Below, piece after piece: positions 38,237 to 46,336 of a stretch of 46,336 nt of DNA. Made by a program: the position numbers and the translations under genes. The DNA lies in contig DATJDA010000128.1 in NCBI GenBank assembly GCA_035497695.1, positions 1 through 46,336 of the forward strand. The letters are read 5' to 3'. Each line of letters starts with the position of its first letter. Within the stretch, counting starts at the first letter, position 1. Source of the stretch: Marinobacter sp. Lineage in GTDB: Bacteria; Pseudomonadota; Gammaproteobacteria; Pseudomonadales; Oleiphilaceae. A model generated the notes under the pieces. That model was not told the DNA's origin, searched no databases, and saw only the letters and a list, made by a program, of their open reading frames with translations.

Positions 38237-38460
38237 ATGATTACCCTGTGGTACACTTTTAGGGTTGCATGATACGCGCTATGGCTGGTTTCTCCCAATA
38301 CAGCTTCTCGCTATATCCATGACCTAAAGCTATAACTGCGTTAGTATTCCGAGTGTTACGGAGGCCGATCCCACACTCTTTTACACTGAAATCATTTATT
38401 CTGACAAGGACGTGACCTCATATTTGCCAGTGAGGCCAGACCATACATCAGGAACCGTAT

Positions 38461-41337
38461 ATGCGGCGCTGGGGCATTAGAAAAAAAGTACTGGTGGTAA
38501 CGCTGATTCCCACTCTGCTGACAACACTTGTGCTGGGGGCCTTCTTCACCTACAGCTGGGTAGCTAATATTGAGAGCCTGCTCAGAGACCGTGGTGAATC
38601 CCTTTCCCGCCAACTGGCAGCAGGTTCTGAGTATGGCCTTTTTATTGCTAATCGCAGCCTGCTCAGTAACTTGTCCAATTCGTTGCTGGAAGAGCGTGAT
38701 GTACGCTCCATTACCTTTTATGGCAGTGACAAAAGCTATCTGCTTCATACCGGGCCAGGAAGCGGTGACCCAATCGATGCCGATGAACTGACCAGCAAAA
38801 AAGCCACCAGCATTGCACGCCAGAATAGCACCCGCTTTATTACACCGGTTTTCCTTCAGGATCTGATGATTGAAAATATGCTCGACCCGGATGCCCGGCA
38901 AGCGATGTCTCAGCATCGTGAGCCCCTGGGCTGGGTTGCCGTAGAAATGTCCCATGTGCGCACCGAAAAGGAAACCTACAAAGCCCTGCTCATTTCGCTG
39001 TTGCTGGTACTGGGGGGCGTTATTATGAGCCTGGCTATTGCTCTTCGCCTTAGCCGCGCTTTTACCGGTCCGGTTTTTGAACTGAATGAGGCGGTTGCCA
39101 GGCTCAAGGCAGGCAAGCTGGACACTCGGGTTTACACAGGTGCAGGGCCGGAGTTCGAACAACTCGAGTCGGGGCTGAACGCTATGGCCGAAGAGCTCAG
39201 CAAGGCCCAGGCCGAAATGCAGCAGAATATTGATCAGGCCACTGAAGACCTGCAGGAAACTCTGGAAACCATTGAGATTCAGAATATTGAGCTGGATTTC
39301 GCCCGTAAGGAAGCCCTGGAGGCCAGCCGCATAAAATCAGAATTTCTGGCCAACATGTCCCATGAAATCCGCACGCCCCTGAATGGCATTATCGGGTTCA
39401 CAGAGTTACTGCTAAAAAGCCCGCTGCCACGTCAACAGCGCGACCATTTAAACACTATCCGGAAATCGTCAGAAATTCTGCTCACTATCATTAATGACAT
39501 TCTGGATTTCTCCAAGATTGAGGCAGGCAAGCTGATTCTTGACCGGGTACCCTTCCAGTTACGGGATATAGTCGAAGACGTTATGGTTATGCTGGCCCCG
39601 GCTGCCCATGCTAAAAATCTGGATTTGGTACCACTGGTCTACAACGACGTGCCGGACAACATTATGGGCGACCCCCTCCGGGTTAAACAGGTAATCACCA
39701 ATCTGGTTAACAACGCCATCAAGTTCACTCAAACCGGTGAAGTTGTTTTACGGGCCAGTCTTGAAGATGAAAACAAAGAAACCAACCGGATTACTTTACG
39801 CCTGAGCATTACCGATTCCGGGGTGGGGCTTTCCCGCGCTCAGCAACAGTCTCTGTTCAATGCCTTTAACCAGGCTGACGCATCCACGGCACGGCAATAT
39901 GGCGGAACCGGACTTGGTCTTGCCATATCCAAACGTCTGGTTGAAGAGATGGGCGGTAACATTGGCCTGGAAAGTGAGCTGGGCAAAGGGTCTACGTTCT
40001 GGTTTTCTCTGACATCAGAGCTGTCTGTCAGCAGTGAGGCCATTCCAGCCAGAGACGCACTGCGCGGTGAAAGGGTGCTCTACCTTGAGCAGCAAAAAAC
40101 GACCGGCCTGGCAGTGGAACACCTGTTGCGGGGCTGGGGAATGGTTGTTGACCGGGTTACCTCGCCTACAGCTATGCAGGAACAGATCGAGGAAGCTCAG
40201 AAAAGCCAGACGGGTTACTCTGTGGCAATTCTCGGGATTACGCGACATCTGCTTAACTCCAGCCAGTATTGTGGGCTGGTGAGAAACCTGGAAGTTGAGC
40301 GGGATTGCCGAACCCTGCTGCTTACGCCAACTCTGGATACCCAGGATGCACCGCTTTCCGGGCTGGCCAGCGGCCACCTTACCAAGCCGGTATGCCGCCA
40401 TGCACTTTATGACGAACTGTTATTGCTGGTGCACGGTATCAGCACACCTGAGCACGCAGTGCTGGATTACAATTTGCCCGCCGGCCATTTGCCAGCAACC
40501 AACGTGCCCAGAGTGTTGGCTGTCGATGACAACGAGGCTAACCTGAAACTGGTGATAACCCTGCTTAATGACTGCGGCATTGAGGCCGTCGGTGCCTCTA
40601 GTGGCTTTGAAGCCTTGAGCAAGGCGCGCAAAAAGCCCTTTGATCTGGTTTTCATGGATTTGCAGATGCCAGGCATGGACGGTGTTGAAACGACGGCCCG
40701 GCTTCGGGATCTGGATACCAAAGCCCACCGCACACCGGTTATCGCTCTTACTGCCCACGCCCAGGCAGATGAGCAGGACCGCCTCGTTAAAGGAGGTTTT
40801 GATGGTTACATGGCAAAACCCATAAGCAGTCGCCAGCTAAGAGAGACCATTCAGGAATATACGAACTACGTTTGCAACAATACTAATTATAACAATTACC
40901 TGAGAATACCAGAGGTGCGGGACACCCGGCGCTCCGTACGCCCTTCAGCAAGAAAGATGCAACCAGACTGCGTAAGTATTGAGGAAGGTATTCAACTGGC
41001 TGCCGGTAAGGCAGATCTGGCCGAAGAACTGTTCAGCATGCTTCTAGAGCAGGTACGGGCAGATGTAACAACCATAGACAAGCTCTGGAATAACAGAGAT
41101 CTGGAAGGCTTGCTCGAATGTGTGCACAAACTCCACGGTGCCACCCGCTATTGTGGGGTCCCTGAACTCCGAGCCGCCGCTAGCCAACTGGAGACCGCGC
41201 TGAAATGCTCCTCACCTGGCACAGAGCATCAGAAATCCCAGCTGCTATCCGCCATGGAACGCCTGCAGATATGGAGTGATCAGACCGACTGGCAGCAATT
41301 ATTCCGGGAACAGCGGCAGCAGTCAGAAACAACCTGA
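38461..41337 (+). CDS. gacS: Hybrid sensor histidine kinase BarA/GacS
   Basis: Two TM helices, HAMP domain, SEFLANMSHEIRTPLN, GGTGLGL, REC DLQMP and HPt HKLHGATRYCGVP. Divergent from cysM-rlmD-relA, as expected for this gene. Confidence 0.93.
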   Translation: MRRWGIRKKVLVVTLIPTLLTTLVLGAFFTYSWVANIESLLRDRGESLSRQLAAGSEYGLFIANRSLLSNLSNSLLEERDVRSITFYGSDKSYLLHTGPGSGDPIDADELTSKKATSIARQNSTRFITPVFLQDLMIENMLDPDARQAMSQHREPLGWVAVEMSHVRTEKETYKALLISLLLVLGGVIMSLAIALRLSRAFTGPVFELNEAVARLKAGKLDTRVYTGAGPEFEQLESGLNAMAEELSKAQAEMQQNIDQATEDLQETLETIEIQNIELDFARKEALEASRIKSEFLANMSHEIRTPLNGIIGFTELLLKSPLPRQQRDHLNTIRKSSEILLTIINDILDFSKIEAGKLILDRVPFQLRDIVEDVMVMLAPAAHAKNLDLVPLVYNDVPDNIMGDPLRVKQVITNLVNNAIKFTQTGEVVLRASLEDENKETNRITLRLSITDSGVGLSRAQQQSLFNAFNQADASTARQYGGTGLGLAISKRLVEEMGGNIGLESELGKGSTFWFSLTSELSVSSEAIPARDALRGERVLYLEQQKTTGLAVEHLLRGWGMVVDRVTSPTAMQEQIEEAQKSQTGYSVAILGITRHLLNSSQYCGLVRNLEVERDCRTLLLTPTLDTQDAPLSGLASGHLTKPVCRHALYDELLLLVHGISTPEHAVLDYNLPAGHLPATNVPRVLAVDDNEANLKLVITLLNDCGIEAVGASSGFEALSKARKKPFDLVFMDLQMPGMDGVETTARLRDLDTKAHRTPVIALTAHAQADEQDRLVKGGFDGYMAKPISSRQLRETIQEYTNYVCNNTNYNNYLRIPEVRDTRRSVRPSARKMQPDCVSIEEGIQLAAGKADLAEELFSMLLEQVRADVTTIDKLWNNRDLEGLLECVHKLHGATRYCGVPELRAAASQLETALKCSSPGTEHQKSQLLSAMERLQIWSDQTDWQQLFREQRQQSETT

Positions 41338-41371
41338 GTGCTGCCAGCAGACGAATCGGCTTAGCCGGAAG

Positions 41372-42112
41372 TTATGACGCGGTTCGAGCCATATCGAGAA
41401 TTGCCCTCATCTCACGCACAGCGTCTTTCAGACCTACAAAGACTGCACGAGAAACAATCGCGTGGCCAATGTTCAGTTCGTTGATTCCAGGAATTCGCGC
41501 CACCCGCTCGGTGTTGTGATAATGCAAGCCGTGGCCAGCATTAACGATCAGACCTTTTTTGCGAGCGTAGGCTGCCGCATCTGCCACCACCCGGAATGCT
41601 GCATCAGCTTCTTCGGTTGTTCTGGCCTCGGCATACACCCCGGTATGTAACTCGATGACGGGCGCACCACACCGGACAGCCGCATCAATTTGTACCGGGT
41701 CCGGGTCAATAAACAAAGATACCTGGGCACCGATTTTATTCATCCGCTCACAGGCACCGGCTATTCGGCTCTCCTGCCCTTCAACATCAAGGCCGCCTTC
41801 AGTAGTGAGCTCTTCGCGCTTTTCCGGCACCAGACATACACATTCTGGCCGAACCTGTTCGGCAAATGCCAGCATGGCATCAGTAACCGCCATTTCCAGA
41901 TTCATCCGGGTTTGCAGCACTTCGCGTAACAGCAGTACATCCCGGTCCTGAATATGACGTCGGTCTTCCCTTGGATGAATGGTAATGCCATCAGCACCTG
42001 CCTCTTCAGCCAACATTGCTGCCTGAACCGGGTCCGGATAGAGGGTTCCACGGGCTTGGCGCAACGTGGCCACATGGTCGATATTGACGCCGAGTAATAC
42101 TCTAGGATTCAT
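41372..42112 (-). CDS. pdxJ: Pyridoxine 5'-phosphate synthase
   Basis: Motifs [33 protein letters not shown] and ELNIGH. Start is ATG 42112. Confidence 0.97.
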   Translation of the reverse strand: MNPRVLLGVNIDHVATLRQARGTLYPDPVQAAMLAEEAGADGITIHPREDRRHIQDRDVLLLREVLQTRMNLEMAVTDAMLAFAEQVRPECVCLVPEKREELTTEGGLDVEGQESRIAGACERMNKIGAQVSLFIDPDPVQIDAAVRCGAPVIELHTGVYAEARTTEEADAAFRVVADAAAYARKKGLIVNAGHGLHYHNTERVARIPGINELNIGHAIVSRAVFVGLKDAVREMRAILDMARTAS

Positions 42113-42830
42113 GCTTCTCTCCACGAAGATGGCTAAATAAACTTCGACTGTGCAGAGGTCGCCCCTGCAAAAGATAATCAGTTAAAACACGCATAACCCG
42201 TTTCGCAGTCCGCCGGCAAGCATCTGATGACAAATCGCCTTCTGCCAATGCCAGCAACACACTTCCCTGCAAACCCTGTAATCTGGCACTTTGCGTAGGG
42301 CTGGCCAAAATACCCTGCTCAGGATCATAGCAGTACCGCCCACTCTCCTCGACCGGCTCGCCAGTATCTGTGGCAAAGTTCCAGGCAAAATCATAGCCCA
42401 GTGCCGCCGCAAAACTTTGTTCAAACCGCCTGAGCACAGGTTCAACATCACTGTTTTCAGCAAGGTTATCCAGAGCTTCTATGTAGGCTGCAAAAAGCGT
42501 GGGGTATGGGTCAGAAGGTGGCAGCACTCGCTGCAGCAGCTCATTGAGGTATAAGCCACTGTAAAGCGCGGTTGTACGACGCAGGGCCGGGCCCGGGCGC
42601 ACATCCGCATGAATCAGGGTTTTCAGTTCACCACGTCCGCTCCAGTTCAGCATCAGTGGCTGAAAAGGCTGCAAGTGGGCCTTCAACAGGCTCTTGGCAC
42701 CACTCGCTCCCTTGGCAACGAGTGCTATCCGCCCATGATTAAGAGTGAACACATCCACGATCAGGCTGGTTTCTCGCCACGAGCGGCGATGGATCACATA
42801 GGCAGGCTCTTGCTGCTCCCGGCCCTTCAT
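42102..42830 (-). CDS. recO: DNA repair protein RecO
   Basis: [29 protein letters not shown] and LRRFE; position in the rnc-era-recO-pdxJ operon. Confidence 0.95.
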   Translation of the reverse strand: MKGREQQEPAYVIHRRSWRETSLIVDVFTLNHGRIALVAKGASGAKSLLKAHLQPFQPLMLNWSGRGELKTLIHADVRPGPALRRTTALYSGLYLNELLQRVLPPSDPYPTLFAAYIEALDNLAENSDVEPVLRRFEQSFAAALGYDFAWNFATDTGEPVEESGRYCYDPEQGILASPTQSARLQGLQGSVLLALAEGDLSSDACRRTAKRVMRVLTDYLLQGRPLHSRSLFSHLRGEKHES

Positions 42831-42837
42831 GAACCCC

Positions 42838-43755
42838 TCAGAAATCGTTCATCCCAAGGCTTTTAAGAGCCCGTTCGCTGTCTGCCCAGCCCCGCTTCAC
42901 CTTGACCCATAGCCGTAACATGACCTTGCAATCGAACATGCGCTCCATATCGATACGGGCATCCTGCCCAATGCTGCGCAAACGCTCACCTTTATCACCG
43001 ATCATGATTTTCTTCTGGCCTTCACGTTCGACCAGAATAAGAGCAGAGATATGCAGGGTCTTCCCATCGTGCCTGAACTCTTCGATCTCCACGGCAACCG
43101 AATAAGGAAGCTCTTCTCCAAGTTGGCGGGTAATTTTCTCGCGGACGATTTCTGAGGCCATAAATCGCTCACTGCGATCTGTTATCTGGTCATCCGGATA
43201 AAAGTGCACACTTTCTGGTAAAAATCTGCCAACGGCTTTCTCAAGCGGCTCAAGATTGGTTTCTTTCAGCGCAGACAGGGGAATAATCTCGGCAAAATCC
43301 CGCTTCTTTGAAAGCATTTCAAGGTGCGGCAAAAGTGCATCGCGCTTCGCTATTTTGTCGACCTTATTCAGAGCAAGAATGACCGGACACTTAAGCTTGC
43401 TGAGCTTTTCAAGGACCATTTCATCAGCCGTAGTCCAGGTCATCTGATCTACCACAAAAATAACCACATCCACATCAACGAGCGCCGACGTAGCTGCCTT
43501 GTTCAAATACCGGTTCAAAGCTCGCGGCTCATCCTCATGCATTCCCGGTGTATCAACATAAATTGTTTGCACGGGGCCAGATGTTTTAATCCCCAACACT
43601 TTATGGCGTGTGGTCTGCGGCTTGCGGGATGTAATGCTGAGCTTTTGCCCGAGAATATGGTTCAGCAAGGTGGATTTACCCACATTGGGACGCCCGACAA
43701 TTGCGACGAATCCACAGCGGCTGTCCGGATTTTCCGGACGAGTGATATCATTCAT
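42838..43755 (-). CDS. era: GTPase Era
   Basis: Motifs [17 protein letters not shown] and NKVD; KH domain. Confidence 0.98.
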   Translation of the reverse strand: MNDITRPENPDSRCGFVAIVGRPNVGKSTLLNHILGQKLSITSRKPQTTRHKVLGIKTSGPVQTIYVDTPGMHEDEPRALNRYLNKAATSALVDVDVVIFVVDQMTWTTADEMVLEKLSKLKCPVILALNKVDKIAKRDALLPHLEMLSKKRDFAEIIPLSALKETNLEPLEKAVGRFLPESVHFYPDDQITDRSERFMASEIVREKITRQLGEELPYSVAVEIEEFRHDGKTLHISALILVEREGQKKIMIGDKGERLRSIGQDARIDMERMFDCKVMLRLWVKVKRGWADSERALKSLGMNDF

Positions 43756-43757
43756 TA

Positions 43758-44444
43758 TTAATTCTCCACACCCAGTTCTTTCAGGGCGCTCCGGGCTGCT
43801 TGCTGCTCAGCCACACGGCGGCTGCTGCCTACACCTGTCGTTTTTCGGCCCAGCGATGGTAATGCGCAGGATATATGGAAAGTCTGGCTGTGCGCTTCTC
43901 CATCTACCGAGATAACGTCGTACTGGGGTAGTGGATACTGCCTGGACTGAAGGTATTCCTGCAGCCGGGTTTTTGGATCTTTCTGGGTGTCATGCAGGTC
44001 CAGATCTTTCAGCCGCTGCTCAAACCACTCCAGAACTTTTGCCTGGCAGGTGTAAAAATCACTGTCCAGGTAAATCGCACCAATAACAGACTCTACGGCG
44101 TCGGCAAGAATCGATTCACGACGAAAACCACCACTTTTCAGTTCTCCGGAACCCAGCCGTAAATAATCCCCAAGCTGAAATTCACGGCCAATCTCCGCCA
44201 GGGTTACACCCTTCACCATACGCGCCCTAAGGCGACTTAACTGGCCTTCACGGGCTTTTTCAAACTGTCGGAAAAGATGCTCCGCAATAACCATGTTAAC
44301 AATCGAGTCGCCAAGAAACTCCAGGCGCTCATTATTCTGATTGCCAAAGCTACGATGGGTGAGTGCCAGTAACAGCAACTCAGATGATTTAAACTGATAG
44401 CCTATACGGCGCTGTAATTGTTCCAGGTCTGGTTGTGGACTCAC
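43758..44444 (-). CDS. rnc: Ribonuclease III
   Basis: Motifs [16 protein letters not shown] and DPKTRLQE (dsRBD). GTG start overlaps the upstream stop. Confidence 0.98.
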   Translation of the reverse strand: MSPQPDLEQLQRRIGYQFKSSELLLLALTHRSFGNQNNERLEFLGDSIVNMVIAEHLFRQFEKAREGQLSRLRARMVKGVTLAEIGREFQLGDYLRLGSGELKSGGFRRESILADAVESVIGAIYLDSDFYTCQAKVLEWFEQRLKDLDLHDTQKDPKTRLQEYLQSRQYPLPQYDVISVDGEAHSQTFHISCALPSLGRKTTGVGSSRRVAEQQAARSALKELGVEN

Positions 44445-44830
44445 TTGCCCTTCATCTCATATTCATGCTTGAAATGAACAACGGTATCCACATTGGCGAT
44501 AAGGCTATTGCGAACCTCATAATCCACCTTGATCACAACTCGCCCGTTGTCTTTTTCGACAGTGATATTTTTTGCATCGAAGCCCCGCACGTTGTTGACG
44601 CTCAGACGCTTGTTTATCAGAGTGCGAACCTGCGCCGGCCCCATATCCGCAAGCCCCTCAGTACCATCCAGGCTCTCTAGCGCCTCCTGAATTGTAAAGT
44701 CGTCGAGATAGGCCGGGCCCACTTTCAGTAACAGAGTGAGAAGACCACCAAAAAACAACACCATGACCATCATTACAAGTGCAGAGGCTCCGTTTTGACG
44801 CCCCATACCGGAGAAATTATTTTTCTGCAT
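44441..44830 (-). CDS. DUF4845 family protein (pilin-like N-terminus)
   Basis: QNGAS followed by a hydrophobic helix, then PAYLD and YEVR; conserved position between lepB and rnc. Start is 44830 or 44839. Confidence 0.85.
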   Translation of the reverse strand: MQKNNFSGMGRQNGASALVMMVMVLFFGGLLTLLLKVGPAYLDDFTIQEALESLDGTEGLADMGPAQVRTLINKRLSVNNVRGFDAKNITVEKDNGRVVIKVDYEVRNSLIANVDTVVHFKHEYEMKGK

Positions 44831-44857
44831 TATGACCAAACTCCAGAATAGTCAGGA

Positions 44858-45646
44858 TTAATCGAGACCGCCCACACGATCAAAGGATGGCAGACTGGCA
44901 AACGATTTCCAGTGCATCCAGATGGCAAACGCCTTACCTACAATCATTTCATCCGGAACCATGCCCCAGTAACGGCTGTCGTTACTGTTATCACGATTGT
45001 CGCCCATCATGAAGTAATTGTCCGCTGGTACTACCCACTCACCTTCGCCACCGTTACCCGTGCGGCCAAGTGTCAAAAAGATATCGTGCTCAACGTCACC
45101 AAGCTTTTCCCGACGCAACTCTACTGGCGGAAGGCGGGCCACAAAGCTTGTTGATACTTTTTCACCATTTATAAACAACTGCTTGTCCCGGTAGCGGATT
45201 TTATCGCCAGGAACGCCAACAACCCGTTTAATGTAGTTTGTTTCACCATCTTTGGGATAGCGGAACACCATTATGTCACCACGCTCAGGATCTCCCACTT
45301 CCAGAATTTTTGTACCAAGTACCGGAAGGCGCAGGCCATAAGCGTATTTATTGACCAGTATAAAGTCGCCCACTTCCAGAGTCGGCAACATTGAGCCCGA
45401 TGGGATCTGAAACGGCTCGACCAGAAAAGACCGAAGCACCAGAACAACCGCCAGCACCGGAAAAAAAGACCGACTCAGGTCAACCAGATAAGGCTCTGCA
45501 GGCTCTTCAGTTTCAGCAGAAACGGAACTGTCGTCACCGCTGACTGTTGCAAGACGACGCTTGCGTAAAAACACCACATCCGCCAGCCAGATCAGTCCCG
45601 TTACAAAGGTCAGAATCACGAGTACCAGGGGAAAATCAATATCCAT
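44858..45646 (-). CDS. lepB: Signal peptidase I
   Basis: Motifs EPFQIPSGSMLPTL, YIKRVVG and GDNRDNSNDSRYWG. Confidence 0.97.
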   Translation of the reverse strand: MDIDFPLVLVILTFVTGLIWLADVVFLRKRRLATVSGDDSSVSAETEEPAEPYLVDLSRSFFPVLAVVLVLRSFLVEPFQIPSGSMLPTLEVGDFILVNKYAYGLRLPVLGTKILEVGDPERGDIMVFRYPKDGETNYIKRVVGVPGDKIRYRDKQLFINGEKVSTSFVARLPPVELRREKLGDVEHDIFLTLGRTGNGGEGEWVVPADNYFMMGDNRDNSNDSRYWGMVPDEMIVGKAFAIWMHWKSFASLPSFDRVGGLD

Positions 45647-45657
45647 CCAGGTGCCTT

Positions 45658-46336
45658 TTATTTATCTATCTGTAAAACTGCAAGAAACGCTTCCTGAGGC
45701 ACCTCAACATTGCCCAGCTGCTTCATACGCTTCTTGCCCTCTTTCTGCTTCTGAAGCAGTTTCTTCTTTCTGCTCACATCGCCGCCATAACATTTGGCGG
45801 TGACGTTTTTGCGCAATGCCTTGACCGTCACACGGGCTACAACCTGATTACCTATCGCCGCCTGAATCGCGATATCAAACATCTGCCTGGGGATCAGCTC
45901 TTTCATTTTATCAATCAGCTGACGCCCTTTGTGGTGTGCCTGCTCCTTGTGCACGATCAAAGCGAGCGCATCAATACGTTCAGCGTTGATCAGGACATCA
46001 AGCCGAACCAGGTCTGCCTCCTGAAACCGAACGAACTGATAATCCAGCGAGGCAAAACCCCTGCTCGCGGACTTAATTCGATCAAAGAAATCCATAACAA
46101 CTTCGGCCATTGGCAGCTCATAGGTAAGCTGCACCTGGGTGGCCATAAAGTGCATTTTTTTCTGAACGCCCCGCTTTTCTTCACATAAAGCAATGACGTT
46201 ACCAAGATGCTCCTGAGGCACGAGGATGTTGGCCTCTACAATAGGTTCACGCATCTCTTCAATGGAGCCAATATCCGGCAGCCGCGAGGGGTTGTCTACC
46301 GACAGGGTCTCACCCCGTTTGGTAACAACTTCATAG
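45658..46336 (-). CDS. lepA: Elongation factor 4 (LepA); 5' end lies outside the window
   Basis: IPRQMF and [19 protein letters not shown]. The frame stays open upstream of 46254 ([17 protein letters not shown]). Confidence 0.97.
   Translation of the reverse strand, partial: YEVVTKRGETLSVDNPSRLPDIGSIEEMREPIVEANILVPQEHLGNVIALCEEKRGVQKKMHFMATQVQLTYELPMAEVVMDFFDRIKSASRGFASLDYQFVRFQEADLVRLDVLINAERIDALALIVHKEQAHHKGRQLIDKMKELIPRQMFDIAIQAAIGNQVVARVTVKALRKNVTAKCYGGDVSRKKKLLQKQKEGKKRMKQLGNVEVPQEAFLAVLQIDK

Noticed and set aside
38392-39162. 256-aa - strand ORF
   Set aside because: Antisense shadow of gacS.
41338-41371. Absence of acpS after pdxJ
   Set aside because: Common outside enterobacteria and relatives (for example Pseudomonas), so not unusual.
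1-46336. Mobile elements, prophage, CRISPR, defence systems, tRNA/rRNA
   Set aside because: I saw no integrase, transposase or cas motifs, no repeat-spacer arrays and no RNA gene signatures. Intergenic gaps are short and composition looks uniform by eye.

Overview
This window is chromosomal DNA from a gammaproteobacterium, very probably Marinobacter: it carries a Maqu_2220-type fatty acyl-CoA reductase and shows Pseudomonas/Alteromonadales-like gene order. The right half (about 21.9-46.3 kb) is a housekeeping block: lepA(partial)-lepB-DUF4845-rnc-era-recO-pdxJ, gacS/barA, cysM-rlmD-relA-mazG-ppc-(SadB-like YbaK-HDOD)-adk-tsaB-rsmJ, plsB and nudC-murI. The left half is metabolic and regulatory. 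It holds an ACAD10/11-like acyl-CoA dehydrogenase and an SDR next to a divergent LysR, then a beta-decarboxylating dehydrogenase plus class-III aminotransferase operon, a class-I aminotransferase, a D-2-hydroxyacid dehydrogenase, acs with a CrbR/ErdR-type regulator, and the fatty acyl-CoA reductase. It also holds an orphan extended FlhG/MinD ATPase divergent from an HDOD histidine kinase and a REC-PAS-GGDEF-EAL gene, and a two-gene operon of a SAM methyltransferase with a stand-alone MprF-like (DUF2156) aminoacyl-tRNA-dependent transferase. I saw no rRNA, tRNA, CRISPR array, transposase or phage genes. The best candidates for undescribed systems are the methyltransferase/DUF2156 operon, the MinD-HDOD kinase-c-di-GMP module and the dehydrogenase/aminotransferase catabolic unit. 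All family calls come from recognising motifs by eye; no database searches were run.
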